A stretch of 62,676 nt of DNA, the filler included, from Actinomycetota bacterium (GTDB lineage Bacteria; Actinomycetota; Acidimicrobiia; IMCC26256; VFJJ01): assembly GCA_009886115.1 (NCBI GenBank). It is 6 parts of 6 records of this genome, joined end to end, with 100 filler letters (N's around TTAATTAATTAA, not from the genome) between each part and the next. Parts side by side here need not be neighbours in the genome. Positions count along the whole stretch, not along the records: positions 6,617 to 21,685 come from VFJJ01000199.1; positions 21,786 to 32,373 come from VFJJ01000168.1; 4 more parts are not named here. One strand, given 5' to 3'. The stretch's first letter is position 1; each line of letters begins with the position of its first letter. Below are positions 18,981 to 28,204 of this stretch, one piece after another. Made by a program: the position numbers and the translations under genes. Under the pieces are notes generated by a model. That model searched no databases. It had not been told where the DNA came from and saw only the letters and a list, made by a program, of their open reading frames with translations.

Positions 18981-20383
18981 GTTCATCTCGCACCAGATCC
19001 GTCCCGAGTTCCACCTCAGCCCGGGAACCTGGCGGGGCTACGACTACGACGACCTCGCCCGGAGAACCTTCCCCGTCGACACCAGGATCGTGACCTGCGC
19101 CCCCGACCTTCCGGCCTGCGCCGACGATTCGACTCCGGCGGCGCTGGCGCCATGGCCCCGGCCGAGCGGCGACGGGAGCGGCGACGACGCCGTGCGGTGG
19201 GTCTTCTACACCTCGGGAACAACGGCCGATCCCAAGGGGGCACGGCACACCGACCGATCGGTGGCCACGCCTGCGGTTGGTTTCTCCCGGGCGGTCGCGC
19301 TCACACCCGACGACCGGCTCCCGCTCGTGTTCCCGTTCACCCACGTCGGCGGGATCAACATCTTGATGGCGCTGCTGATGAGCGGCGCCGGAGCCATCCT
19401 CGTCGAGCACTTCGACCCGACGACCACACCCGGGCGCCTCGCCGACCTCGGCGTCACCGTCGGAGGCTCGGGGACGCCGTTCATCCTCCTGTACCTCGAG
19501 CTCCAACGCCGGCGCCCCGACGTTCCCCTGTTCCCTCGTCTGCGAGTGGCACTCGCCGGGGCGTCGCCCAAGCCGCCGCAGCTCCACGAGGAAGTCAAGC
19601 GGGAGTTGGGCGGCGTGGGTGTGATCTCGGGCTACGGCCTCACCGAAGCGCCCATGGTCACGTTCTGCTCGGTCGAGGCGTCCGACGAGCACAAGGCCAC
19701 GACCGAGGGTCCGGCGAGCCCCGGAGCCGAGCTGAGGATCGTCGCCGAGGGCAACGACTGCCGTCTCGGTGAGGTCGGTGAGGTCTGGGCCCGGGGACCG
19801 CACCTGTGCCGGGGCTACGTCGATGCGTCACTCGACGCCCAGGCGTTCACACCCGATGGCTGGTTCCGCTCAGGCGATCTGGGGTTCCTCGACGACGAGG
19901 GCTACCTCACGATCACCGGTCGGATCAAGGACATCATCATCCGAAACGGCGAGAACATCTCGGCCAAGGAGATCGAGGACGTGCTGTACGGCCATCCCGC
20001 GGTGGCCGACGTCGCGGTGATCGGCATGCCCGACCGACGGGCCGGCGAGCGGTGCTGCGCCGTGGTCGTGACCGCTCCGGGCCACGATCCGCTCACCATG
20101 GGCACCCTCACCGAGTGGTGCCGGAGTCAGGGCTTGATGACCCAGAAGATCCCCGAGCGGCTCGAGCTCATCGACGAGCTCCCCCGCAACGCCAGTGGCA
20201 AGGTGCAAAAACACAACTTGAAAGAGCACTACGTCGAAGCGACGGCGCTGCCGCAGGGTTGACCGCACCGGTCGTCGGCGGCGAGGCTCGGGGCCTCGGT
20301 ACTCGCTCGCCGAGGCAGCGTCCCCGATCCCGCCTTCCCGTGCTCCGCACTGCCGGAGCCCTCACCGAACCGCCGGAGTCGCC

Positions 20384-21196
20384 ATGTCGCTCATCGATCC
20401 CTTCGCCGACTACTCGATGTCAGGGAAGGTCGCCGTCATCACCGGCGGGGCCTCGGGTCTGGGCGCGTGCTCGGCCGAGCTCCTCGCGGGAGCCGGAGCC
20501 GCTGTCGTGCTCGGCGATGTCGACGAGGCCGGGGCCGAGAAGCACGCAGCCAAGATCCGCGAGGCCGGGGGACGGGCCGTCGCCCAGTCCTGCGACGTGC
20601 GCCGGCGCAGCGAGCACGAGGCGCTCGTCGACCTGGCGGTGGCCGAGTTCGGCCGCCTCGACGTGTACGCCAACGTCGCCGGCACGATGGGCAATACCAA
20701 GCTGGTCGTCGACGTCGAGGAGGCCGACCTCGACCTGCTCTACGAGATCAACCAGAAGGGCACGTACTTCGGATGCCAAGCCGCCCTGCGGGTGATGATC
20801 CCGCAAGGCTCGGGGTCGATCGTGAACGTCTCGTCGGCGTCGATCGACTATCCGATGAGCAACGTCTCGGCGTACGCGATGACCAAGGCCGCGGTGGCCA
20901 TGCTCACCCAGGAGCTGGCGATGGAGGTCGGCCAGCACGGTATCCGGGTCAACTGCATCGCACCGGGCCAGACGCCCACCAACTTCAACGCCGCGGGGCG
21001 AGCCCTCCCCGACGGTTCGCCCGACCCCGAGAAGTGGGCGATGTACCGCGAGCGGGGTGCGTCGATGTCGCCGATCGGCCGGCTGGGCGAGGCCATCGAC
21101 CAGGGCCACCTCGTGCTCTATCTGGCGTCCGAGGCGGCCAAGTTCTGCACCGGGGCGATCTTCCGCGCCAACGGCGGCGTCGGCATCGTCTGGTAG
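20384..21196 (+). CDS. SDR oxidoreductase
   Basis: TGGASGLG, YAMTK, IRVNCIAPG. Confidence 0.92.
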   Translation: MSLIDPFADYSMSGKVAVITGGASGLGACSAELLAGAGAAVVLGDVDEAGAEKHAAKIREAGGRAVAQSCDVRRRSEHEALVDLAVAEFGRLDVYANVAGTMGNTKLVVDVEEADLDLLYEINQKGTYFGCQAALRVMIPQGSGSIVNVSSASIDYPMSNVSAYAMTKAAVAMLTQELAMEVGQHGIRVNCIAPGQTPTNFNAAGRALPDGSPDPEKWAMYRERGASMSPIGRLGEAIDQGHLVLYLASEAAKFCTGAIFRANGGVGIVW

Positions 21197-21206
21197 TCGA
21201 GCACCC

Positions 21207-21685
21207 GTGAGCGACGACGGCGATCAGCCCGGCGGCCCAGGAGGCGCCAGCTCGGGAGGCGCCAGCTCGGGAGGCGCCGCGGCCGACCCGCGCTCGATCG
21301 CCGGGCGGGTGGCGATCGTCACCGGGGCGGCCAGTGGGATGGGACGGGCCACCGCGGTCCTGCTCGCCTCGGTCGGGGCTCGGGTCGGTCTGCTCGACCG
21401 CGACGCCGAAGGGGTGCTCGCTGCCTGCGACGAGATCGACTCGGCCGGAGGTGCCGCCCATGGTGTGACGGTCGACCTGGCCGACGCGACGGCGATCCCC
21501 CGGGCCGTCGACGACGTCCGCCGGCGTCTCGGGCCGATCGACATCCTGATCAACAACGCCGGCATGCCGTCGGGCCTTCCCTACGATGCCGAAAGCCCGG
21601 CCTTCGAGAACCTGTGGGATCTCACGATCGCCGTCAACCTCACGTCGCAGATGCTGATGGTGCGAGCCTGTCTCGCCGATCTGCG
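21207..21685 (+). CDS. SDR oxidoreductase, 5' part (cut by contig end)
   Basis: TGAASGMG, DILINNAG. Confidence 0.88.
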
Positions 21686-21785
21686 NNNNNNNNNNNNNNN
21701 NNNNNNNNNNNNNNNNNNNNNNNNNNNNNTTAATTAATTAANNNNNNNNNNNNNNNNNNNNNNNNNNNNNNNNNNNNNNNNNNNN

Positions 21786-22184
21786 ACCACCACGACGGGC
21801 GAGTCGACCACCACGACCACCACCACCACGACCGCCCCAACGACGACCACGACGGCCCCGACGACCACGACCACGGCGGCCACGACCACCACGGGACCCA
21901 CGACCACGACGACGGCGCCCACACCGCCAACGGTGTTCCGGGTGCCTCAAGCCACGCCTGACCAGTCGGCGCCGATCACGGGGCCGACGAGCCCCACCCG
22001 GTCGCTGGTGCCCGGTGGCGGTGCCGTCACCCCTCCCGGCACCGCCGTGGTGCCGACGCCGGGCTCCGGTTTGGCCTTCACCGGGACCGCCGCCTTCGGA
22101 GCGCTCGTGCTGGGTCTGTGGATCGCCGCCGCCGGCGCCCTGGCGCTGATGGCGGGAGACCGCCGCGCCCGCCGGCGGTCGTAG
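21786..22184 (+). CDS. C-terminus of a Thr-rich surface protein with LAFTG sorting signal
   Basis: Poly-Thr linker, then LAFTG, hydrophobic helix and RRARRRS. Confidence 0.8.
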   Translation, partial: TTTTGESTTTTTTTTTAPTTTTTAPTTTTTAATTTTGPTTTTTAPTPPTVFRVPQATPDQSAPITGPTSPTRSLVPGGGAVTPPGTAVVPTPGSGLAFTGTAAFGALVLGLWIAAAGALALMAGDRRARRRS

Positions 22185-22247
22185 CCAGCGCCCAGCGCCC
22201 AGCGCCCAGCGCCCAGCGCCCAGCGCCCAGCGCCCAGCGCCCAGCGC
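22185..22247 (+). repeat. Heptamer microsatellite (CCAGCGC)9
   Basis: Nine perfect copies between convergent stop codons. Confidence 0.95.
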
Positions 22248-22253
22248 GGCCCC

Positions 22254-23456
22254 TCAGCGGCTGCGGGCGACGATGGTCACGGGGAGCGCGGCGGGGCCAT
22301 TGGCCCAGAAGACGGGAACCTTGTGGCGGACGTGTCCCGGGGCCAGGGCGACCTCGCCGACGAGGTCGCAGAAGACCTCGAGCATCACCCGGGCCTCGAG
22401 GCGCGCCAGCGAGGCTCCGGGGCAGACGTGGGGGCCGCCGCCGAACGCCACGTGGGCCCGCGGGTCGGGCCGGTCGAGACGGAAGTCGTCGGGCTGGTCG
22501 AAGACGGTCTCGTCGCGGTTCGCCGAGGAGATCCCGAAGATCACCTTGTCGCCGGCGCTCAGCGACACGCCGCGGATCTCCTTGTCGCCCATGCAGTTGC
22601 GCATCAGCATGTGCACCGGTGACTCCAACCGGAGCGATTCCTCGACGGCGATGGCGATGAGCGCGGGCTCGTCCTTGAGACGCCGATAGAGCGCAGGGTC
22701 CGACGCCATGGCGTGGAGCAGGTTGCCGATGAGATGCCGGGTCGTCTCGTTCCCCGAGATGACGAGGAAGAAGGCCTGGGTGCGCACTTCCACGTCGGTG
22801 AGCCGATGCCCGTCGATCTCGGTGTTCACGAGCTTGGTGAGCAGGCAGTCGGGCGGGTCGAGCGCGCCCCGACACTCGGCGATGCGGGCATCGAGGTACG
22901 CCGCGAACTCGGGATGGCCACCTGTGAGGCCCTCGCCCCGATCGGTGCGGTTCTTGGTGGCGTAGGTGCCCTCGACAACCTCGTCGCTCCAGGCCCTGAA
23001 CTGCTCCCAGTCGCCCGGAGGCACGCCGATGAGATGTGCCACAACGATGATCGGCACGGGAGCGATCACCTCGTTCACGAGCTCGCCCCCGCCCCGTTCG
23101 ACCACCGGAGCGAGGCGCTCGACGCAGAGGTCACGAATGAACGGCTCCATGCGTCCGATCCTGTGCGCGGCGATCGCCGAGTTGATGATGCGGCGAACCT
23201 GGCCGTGGCGGGGCTCGGCGATCTCGGAGATGAGCTTCTCGTCCTCGGGGACGATCACCCCGGCCTCACGGAACGACGACACGAAGCTCCCCACGTCACG
23301 GGTGGCCGCGAGGACGTCGTCGTGGCGGGCGAGGTACACGGCGCCCGATGCGGTCTTCGCCACCGGGCAGGTCTGGCGAGCGAGGGCGAAGTCGTCGTAC
23401 GGGATCTCCCCCACGGCATCGAGGGGATTGAAGGTTGCCGGGTCGAGCGTCGTCAT
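22254..23456 (-). CDS. Cytochrome P450
   Basis: SGNETT I-helix, EESLR (ExxR), FGGGPHVCPG heme ligand. Confidence 0.95.
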   Translation of the reverse strand: MTTLDPATFNPLDAVGEIPYDDFALARQTCPVAKTASGAVYLARHDDVLAATRDVGSFVSSFREAGVIVPEDEKLISEIAEPRHGQVRRIINSAIAAHRIGRMEPFIRDLCVERLAPVVERGGGELVNEVIAPVPIIVVAHLIGVPPGDWEQFRAWSDEVVEGTYATKNRTDRGEGLTGGHPEFAAYLDARIAECRGALDPPDCLLTKLVNTEIDGHRLTDVEVRTQAFFLVISGNETTRHLIGNLLHAMASDPALYRRLKDEPALIAIAVEESLRLESPVHMLMRNCMGDKEIRGVSLSAGDKVIFGISSANRDETVFDQPDDFRLDRPDPRAHVAFGGGPHVCPGASLARLEARVMLEVFCDLVGEVALAPGHVRHKVPVFWANGPAALPVTIVARSR

Positions 23457-23573
23457 CGCTGTTCTCCATCGTCGGGGCGATCGGTACGCCGGGGCTACCG
23501 TCTGGGTATGGCCTGGAGGTTGTCGCGTCGGCAGCGTTCAGGCAAGGAGGAGCTTCATGCGAGGAGCGTCACG

Positions 23574-25763
23574 GTGAGCACGAACAGCTCGACGGGGGTC
23601 GAGACGACGCCCGCGCCCGACGCTCGCCTCTATCGGGGTCATCCCGTCGACGAGCTGATCGACGACCTCCAGATGGCGATGGTCTCCCGGGCGCTCGACG
23701 ACCGGGAGATGACGCTGCAAAAGCAGAGCCGCGTCTTCTTCCAGATCTCGGGCGCCGGGCACGAGGCGCTGCTGCTGGCGCTGGCCCGGTCGCTGCGGCC
23801 CTCGTACGACTGGTTCTTCCCGTACTACCGCGACCGGGCGCTCGTGCTCGGTCTGGGTGTGAGCCCGACCCAGATCCTCCTCCAGGCGGTCGGATCGGCG
23901 GCCGATCCCGCGTCCGGCGGCCGTCAGATGCCGTGCCACTGGGGCGACGCCTCTCGCAACATCGTCACCCAGTCGTCGCCGACGGGTTCCCAGTGCATTC
24001 CTGCTGTGGGCTGTGCGGAGGCCAGCCGCTACATCGCCCGCCGCAACCTCCCGGGCCTGCATGCCCACGGCGACGAGATCACGTACGTCTCGCTCGGCGA
24101 GGGTGCAACCTCGGAGGGCGAGTTCTGGGAGTCGTTGAACACCGCGTGCCGGCTCCACCTCCCCGTGCTGTACCTCGTGGCCGACAACGGTTGGGCGATC
24201 TCGGTGCGGGCCTCCGATCAGCAGCCGGCGCCGGTGGCCGAGCTGGTGCAGGGCTTCCGCGGGCTGGCGATCCATCGGGTCGACGGCCGCGACTACTTTC
24301 AGGCCCGCCGGATCGGAGCCCGCGCCGTCGCTCGCGTCCGGGCCGGAGAAGGCCCCGGGCTCATCCACGCGATCACGACACGCCCCTACTCGCACTCCGC
24401 CGCCGACACCCAGTCGAAGTACCGAGCGGCCGACGAGCTCCGCGACGAGACCGACCACGATCCGATCGAGGTCATGGTGCGTGAGCTCGTGCGCCGCGGG
24501 CTGGTCGACGACGACCGGGTCGCCGCCATGCGCGCGGAGGCCAAGGCGATTGTCGCCCGGGCCGCCGACGAGGCCCTCGCCGCTGTGCGCCCCGACCCCG
24601 CGTCGATTCGCGAGCACGTGTGGCTGCTCCCCGAGATCGCTGAGCCCGCTGAGCCCGAGCCCGCCGAGGTTGTCGAGCCCGTCGCTGCGGCCCGGGCTTC
24701 GGGAGCGTCGGGCGGCCTCGCCGCCGCGGCGAGCGGCGACGTCGTGGCCTTCGGCGAGGCGATCAGACGCACGTTGCACGAGTTGATGGGCATCGACGAG
24801 CGGATCCGGGTGTTCGGCGAGGACGTCGCCGATGCTCCCGTCGATCTGCTCGGTCAGGTGGAGGGCAAGGGTGGCGTGTTCGGGACGACGCTGGGGCTCC
24901 AGCGGACCTATGGCGAGGCCCGCTGCTTCAACACGCCGCTCTCGGAGGCCAACATCGTCGGGCGGGCGGTCGGTCAGGCGATCCGGGGGCTGCGCCCGTT
25001 CCCCGAGATCCAGTTCTTCGACTACATCTGGCCGGCGATGACCCAGATCAAGAGCGAGGCGGCGACGATCCGCTGGCGCTCCAACGGGAACTTCAGGTGC
25101 CCCATGGTCCTGCGGGTGCCCATCGGCGGCTACCTCACGGGCGGCTCCATCTGGCACTCGCAGTGCGGCGAGTCGATCTTCACCCACATCCCCGGCCTCA
25201 TCGTGATGTTCCCGTCGCGTGCTCGTGACGCAGCCGGACTGTTGCGGGCCGCGCACCGCTGCGAGGATCCGGTGCTGTTCCTCGAGCACAAGCACCTCTT
25301 GCGCCAGCCCTACACCCGCGATCCCTTTCCCGGACCCGACTTCGTGATCCCGGTGGGACGAGCGTCGCACGTGCAGCGCGGTCGGGCGCTCACGATCGTC
25401 ACCTACGGCGCCACGGTCGAGAAGTCGCGGCGGGCTGCGGCGCTGCTCACCGAGGAAGGCGTCCGCGGGGGCATCGAGATCGTCGACCTGCGCACGCTGG
25501 CCCCGTGGGACCACGACATGGTGGCCGAGTCGATCCGCAACACCGGCAAGGCGCTCGTGGTGCACGAGGACACGCTCACGTGCGGGTTCGGTGCCGAGGT
25601 GGCCGCCTGGATCGCCGAGCACTGCTTCGGCGACCTCGACGGCCCCGTCCGCCGCGTCGGTGCAGCCGACACGCCCGTCGCCTACGAGCCGTCCCTCGAG
25701 AACGCCATCCTTCCGCAGGTCGCCGACATCGCCTCGGCGGCCCGTGAACTCCTCGCCTGGTGA
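23574..25763 (+). CDS. Fused 2-oxoacid dehydrogenase E1 alpha/beta
   Basis: FQISGAGHE, GEGATSEGEF...DNGWAIS (TPP motif), FGEDV, FNTPLSE, EIQFFDY; GAGGAG RBS before GTG 23574. Confidence 0.92.
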   Translation: MSTNSSTGVETTPAPDARLYRGHPVDELIDDLQMAMVSRALDDREMTLQKQSRVFFQISGAGHEALLLALARSLRPSYDWFFPYYRDRALVLGLGVSPTQILLQAVGSAADPASGGRQMPCHWGDASRNIVTQSSPTGSQCIPAVGCAEASRYIARRNLPGLHAHGDEITYVSLGEGATSEGEFWESLNTACRLHLPVLYLVADNGWAISVRASDQQPAPVAELVQGFRGLAIHRVDGRDYFQARRIGARAVARVRAGEGPGLIHAITTRPYSHSAADTQSKYRAADELRDETDHDPIEVMVRELVRRGLVDDDRVAAMRAEAKAIVARAADEALAAVRPDPASIREHVWLLPEIAEPAEPEPAEVVEPVAAARASGASGGLAAAASGDVVAFGEAIRRTLHELMGIDERIRVFGEDVADAPVDLLGQVEGKGGVFGTTLGLQRTYGEARCFNTPLSEANIVGRAVGQAIRGLRPFPEIQFFDYIWPAMTQIKSEAATIRWRSNGNFRCPMVLRVPIGGYLTGGSIWHSQCGESIFTHIPGLIVMFPSRARDAAGLLRAAHRCEDPVLFLEHKHLLRQPYTRDPFPGPDFVIPVGRASHVQRGRALTIVTYGATVEKSRRAAALLTEEGVRGGIEIVDLRTLAPWDHDMVAESIRNTGKALVVHEDTLTCGFGAEVAAWIAEHCFGDLDGPVRRVGAADTPVAYEPSLENAILPQVADIASAARELLAW

Positions 25764-26752
25764 GCACCGACGTCTCGCTCGCCGACGTCGAGAGGGCGGC
25801 GGCGGTCCTGCTCGGCGTCGCCCACCGCACGCCAGTCGTCACATCGAGCACGCTCGACCAACGCGTCGGGGCGTCGGTGTTCCTCAAGTGCGAGAACCTC
25901 CAACGCATGGGCGCCTTCAAGTTCCGGGGCGCGTACAACGCGGTCTCGGCCGTCGCCCTCGACGGACGGTCGCCCGGCGTGGTCGCGTTCTCGTCGGGGA
26001 ACCACGCCCAGGCCGTGGCGCTCGCCGCCCGGCTCCACGGGCTCCCGTCGATCATCGTGATGCCCTCGCAGGCTCCCACGGCGAAGCTCGCAGCCACCCG
26101 GGGCTACGGAGCCGAGGTCGTCACGTACGACCTGTCGACGGGTGATCGTGAGGCCATCGCCGCCGACGTGGTGGCTCGCACCGGCTATGCGCTCGTCGCG
26201 CCCTTCGACGATCCGGCGGTGATCGCCGGCCAGGGCACGGCGGCCCTGGAGATGCTCGACGAGGTGGCGTCGCTCGACGTGGTGGTGGCGCCGGTCGGTG
26301 GTGGGGGACTGCTCGCCGGGACGGCCGTTGCGGTTCGGGGCCGTCTCGGCGATGGGCTGGGCCGAGCGCGCCTGGTGGGCGTCGAGCCCGAGGCGGGCGA
26401 CGACGGTCGGCAGTCGCTCGTCGCCGGACGACGGATCGTGCTCGACTCGGTTCCCGAGACGATCGCCGACGGCCAGCAGACCAAAGCTCTCGGGCACCTC
26501 CCGTTCGCGATCATGCGCCGGGCCGGGGCCGAGATCGTCACCGTCGACGACGACCAGATCGTGCGGGCCATGGTGTTCCTGTTCGAGCGCACGAAGCTGG
26601 TCGTCGAGCCGAGCGGCGCGACCGGCGTGGCGGCGTTGCTCGCGGGACGCATCCCCGATGTCGCCGGGCGCCGGGTCGGGGTGATCGTGAGCGGCGGCAA
26701 CGTCGATGCCGATCGGTTCCGAGCGCTCATCGGCCGAGCCGGGGGAGCGTGA
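25760..26752 (+). CDS. PLP-dependent serine/threonine dehydratase family enzyme
   Basis: KCENLQRMGAFKFRGA, SSGNHAQ, PVGGGGL, SGGNVD. Confidence 0.92.
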   Translation: MSTDVSLADVERAAAVLLGVAHRTPVVTSSTLDQRVGASVFLKCENLQRMGAFKFRGAYNAVSAVALDGRSPGVVAFSSGNHAQAVALAARLHGLPSIIVMPSQAPTAKLAATRGYGAEVVTYDLSTGDREAIAADVVARTGYALVAPFDDPAVIAGQGTAALEMLDEVASLDVVVAPVGGGGLLAGTAVAVRGRLGDGLGRARLVGVEPEAGDDGRQSLVAGRRIVLDSVPETIADGQQTKALGHLPFAIMRRAGAEIVTVDDDQIVRAMVFLFERTKLVVEPSGATGVAALLAGRIPDVAGRRVGVIVSGGNVDADRFRALIGRAGGA

Positions 26753-26759
26753 GCCGCCC

Positions 26760-27272
26760 GTGACCCGGATCGTCGTGCTGGCCGATACGCATCTGCGCCG
26801 AGCCTGGAACCGGCGGTTGCCCGACGCGGTGTGCGCCGCGCTCGCCGAGGCCGACGTGGTCGTGCACGCCGGCGATCTCGTCGAGCCCTGGGTCGTCGAT
26901 CATGTGACCGGTCTGGCCCCGAAGGCGGCGGCGGTGCACGCGGTGCTCGGGAACAACGACCACGGCCTCCGAGCCGTGCTGCCCGAGGTGCTCGAGTTGG
27001 TGATCGACGGCGTCGTCATCGCCGTGGTGCACGAGACCGGGGCCACGGCCGGGAGGGCGGGCCGGCTGCGGCGGCGGTTCCCCGACGCTGATCTCGTGAT
27101 CTACGGCCATTCCCACGTGCCCATCGACGAGGTCGGCGTCGAGGGGCAGCGGCTGTTCAACCCGGGCTCACCCACCGAGCGGCGCCGGCATCCCTGGCCC
27201 AGCTTCGGGATCGTCGACCTGGCCAAGGGCCGGGTCGCGGCGAGCCAGATCGTCGCGCTGCCGCTCGGTTGA
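26760..27272 (+). CDS. Metallophosphoesterase (YfcE-like)
   Basis: DTH, HAGD, GNND, GHSH, NPGS. Confidence 0.9.
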   Translation: MTRIVVLADTHLRRAWNRRLPDAVCAALAEADVVVHAGDLVEPWVVDHVTGLAPKAAAVHAVLGNNDHGLRAVLPEVLELVIDGVVIAVVHETGATAGRAGRLRRRFPDADLVIYGHSHVPIDEVGVEGQRLFNPGSPTERRRHPWPSFGIVDLAKGRVAASQIVALPLG

Positions 27273-27283
27273 ACGTCGTGTCG

Positions 27284-28024
27284 TCAGGGGGTGTCGAACC
27301 AGTCCCACTGCCAGGGAATGATCGTCTCGAAGGGCCCGGCGAAGCGGGTGCTGACGGCCCGGTCGCCGGGGTAGCGATCGTCGCGGGCGAACTCGGCCAG
27401 GCGCTCGGTGACCGCGACCGGGTCGTCGTCGAGGTAGGCCACGGTGATGCGGGCCTCGAGCGGCATCGGCCGGCGGGTGGTCACCGGCGAGTGCCGGGCG
27501 AACGTCCATATTCCAGCGACCCCGGGCACCTCGAGCGCCCGGCGGTGATGACCCTCCTCCCAAGCCAGGAACGGATCGAGTCGGGACTGGTCGAGCACCT
27601 CCTGCACAGTCACGAACAGGCCGCGGGTCGGCCGCCAGGGCACCGCCTCGGCAGAGATGCGGACGCGGGGCGACGCGTGGGCGTGGACGCGCATGAGGGC
27701 GCCGCTGAGGTGCGACGTTCGATGATGGTGCCAGCGGCCCTTGGCGTGAAGCTCGCCGCCGAGGTGCATGAACTCGTCGAGCGTGCGCTGTACGGGCTCG
27801 GTCATGAGGTACAGCGTCACGTAGTGGATCGGGTCGAGCAGCCCGTCGGAGACCAGCCGGGCCGCGATGCAGCGCGGTGACGAGACCCAACGTTGCCCCT
27901 GCGCCACACCCGGGATGGGGAACTGTTCGGGCATGTGGTCGAGCTGGTGCCACTCGTTGTACGAGCGGTGCTCGCCGTCGAGGATCTCGGTGAACGAGAA
28001 GAACCCACATCGCACCTTGTTCAT
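27284..28024 (-). CDS. Conserved hypothetical protein, EthD/dimeric alpha-beta barrel-like
   Basis: YNEWHQLDHMPE...PGVAQGQRW; second half-repeat HHRRALEVPGVAG. Confidence 0.6.
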   Translation of the reverse strand: MNKVRCGFFSFTEILDGEHRSYNEWHQLDHMPEQFPIPGVAQGQRWVSSPRCIAARLVSDGLLDPIHYVTLYLMTEPVQRTLDEFMHLGGELHAKGRWHHHRTSHLSGALMRVHAHASPRVRISAEAVPWRPTRGLFVTVQEVLDQSRLDPFLAWEEGHHRRALEVPGVAGIWTFARHSPVTTRRPMPLEARITVAYLDDDPVAVTERLAEFARDDRYPGDRAVSTRFAGPFETIIPWQWDWFDTP

Positions 28025-28204
28025 GGCGGGAACGCTATTCGGACCGCCGATGTGCGTGGAGCCCGCTGAGCGAGCAGACTCTTTCCCTCCCACGGTCCGC
28101 ACCGGGCCCACTGTCGCCGTGACACGGCGAGGGTCGTACGAGGTCGACGTGGAGCGCCTGTTCCGAACCGGTTGGCCGGTCCTTGTCTTCTAGGAGTTCC
28201 GCCC

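Larger units (their letters stand above)
16715..20262 (+). pseudogene. AMP-binding acyl-CoA ligase interrupted by IS1634
   Basis: 5' part ends PIYRERELTF, 3' part resumes FISHQIRP...YTSGTTADPKG...GYGLTE...SGDLG...GKVQK; removing the IS and one TSD restores one frame. Confidence 0.92.

Noticed and set aside
22713..23573. N-terminal extension making a 1016-aa E1 protein
   Set aside because: Overlaps the P450 antisense; the real start is GTG 23574 with GAGGAG
28025..28204. Riboswitch upstream of hss
   Set aside because: Only a short TCGCCGTG-A-CACGGCGA hairpin; no recognisable guanidine or SAM aptamer motifs (an Rfam scan would settle it)
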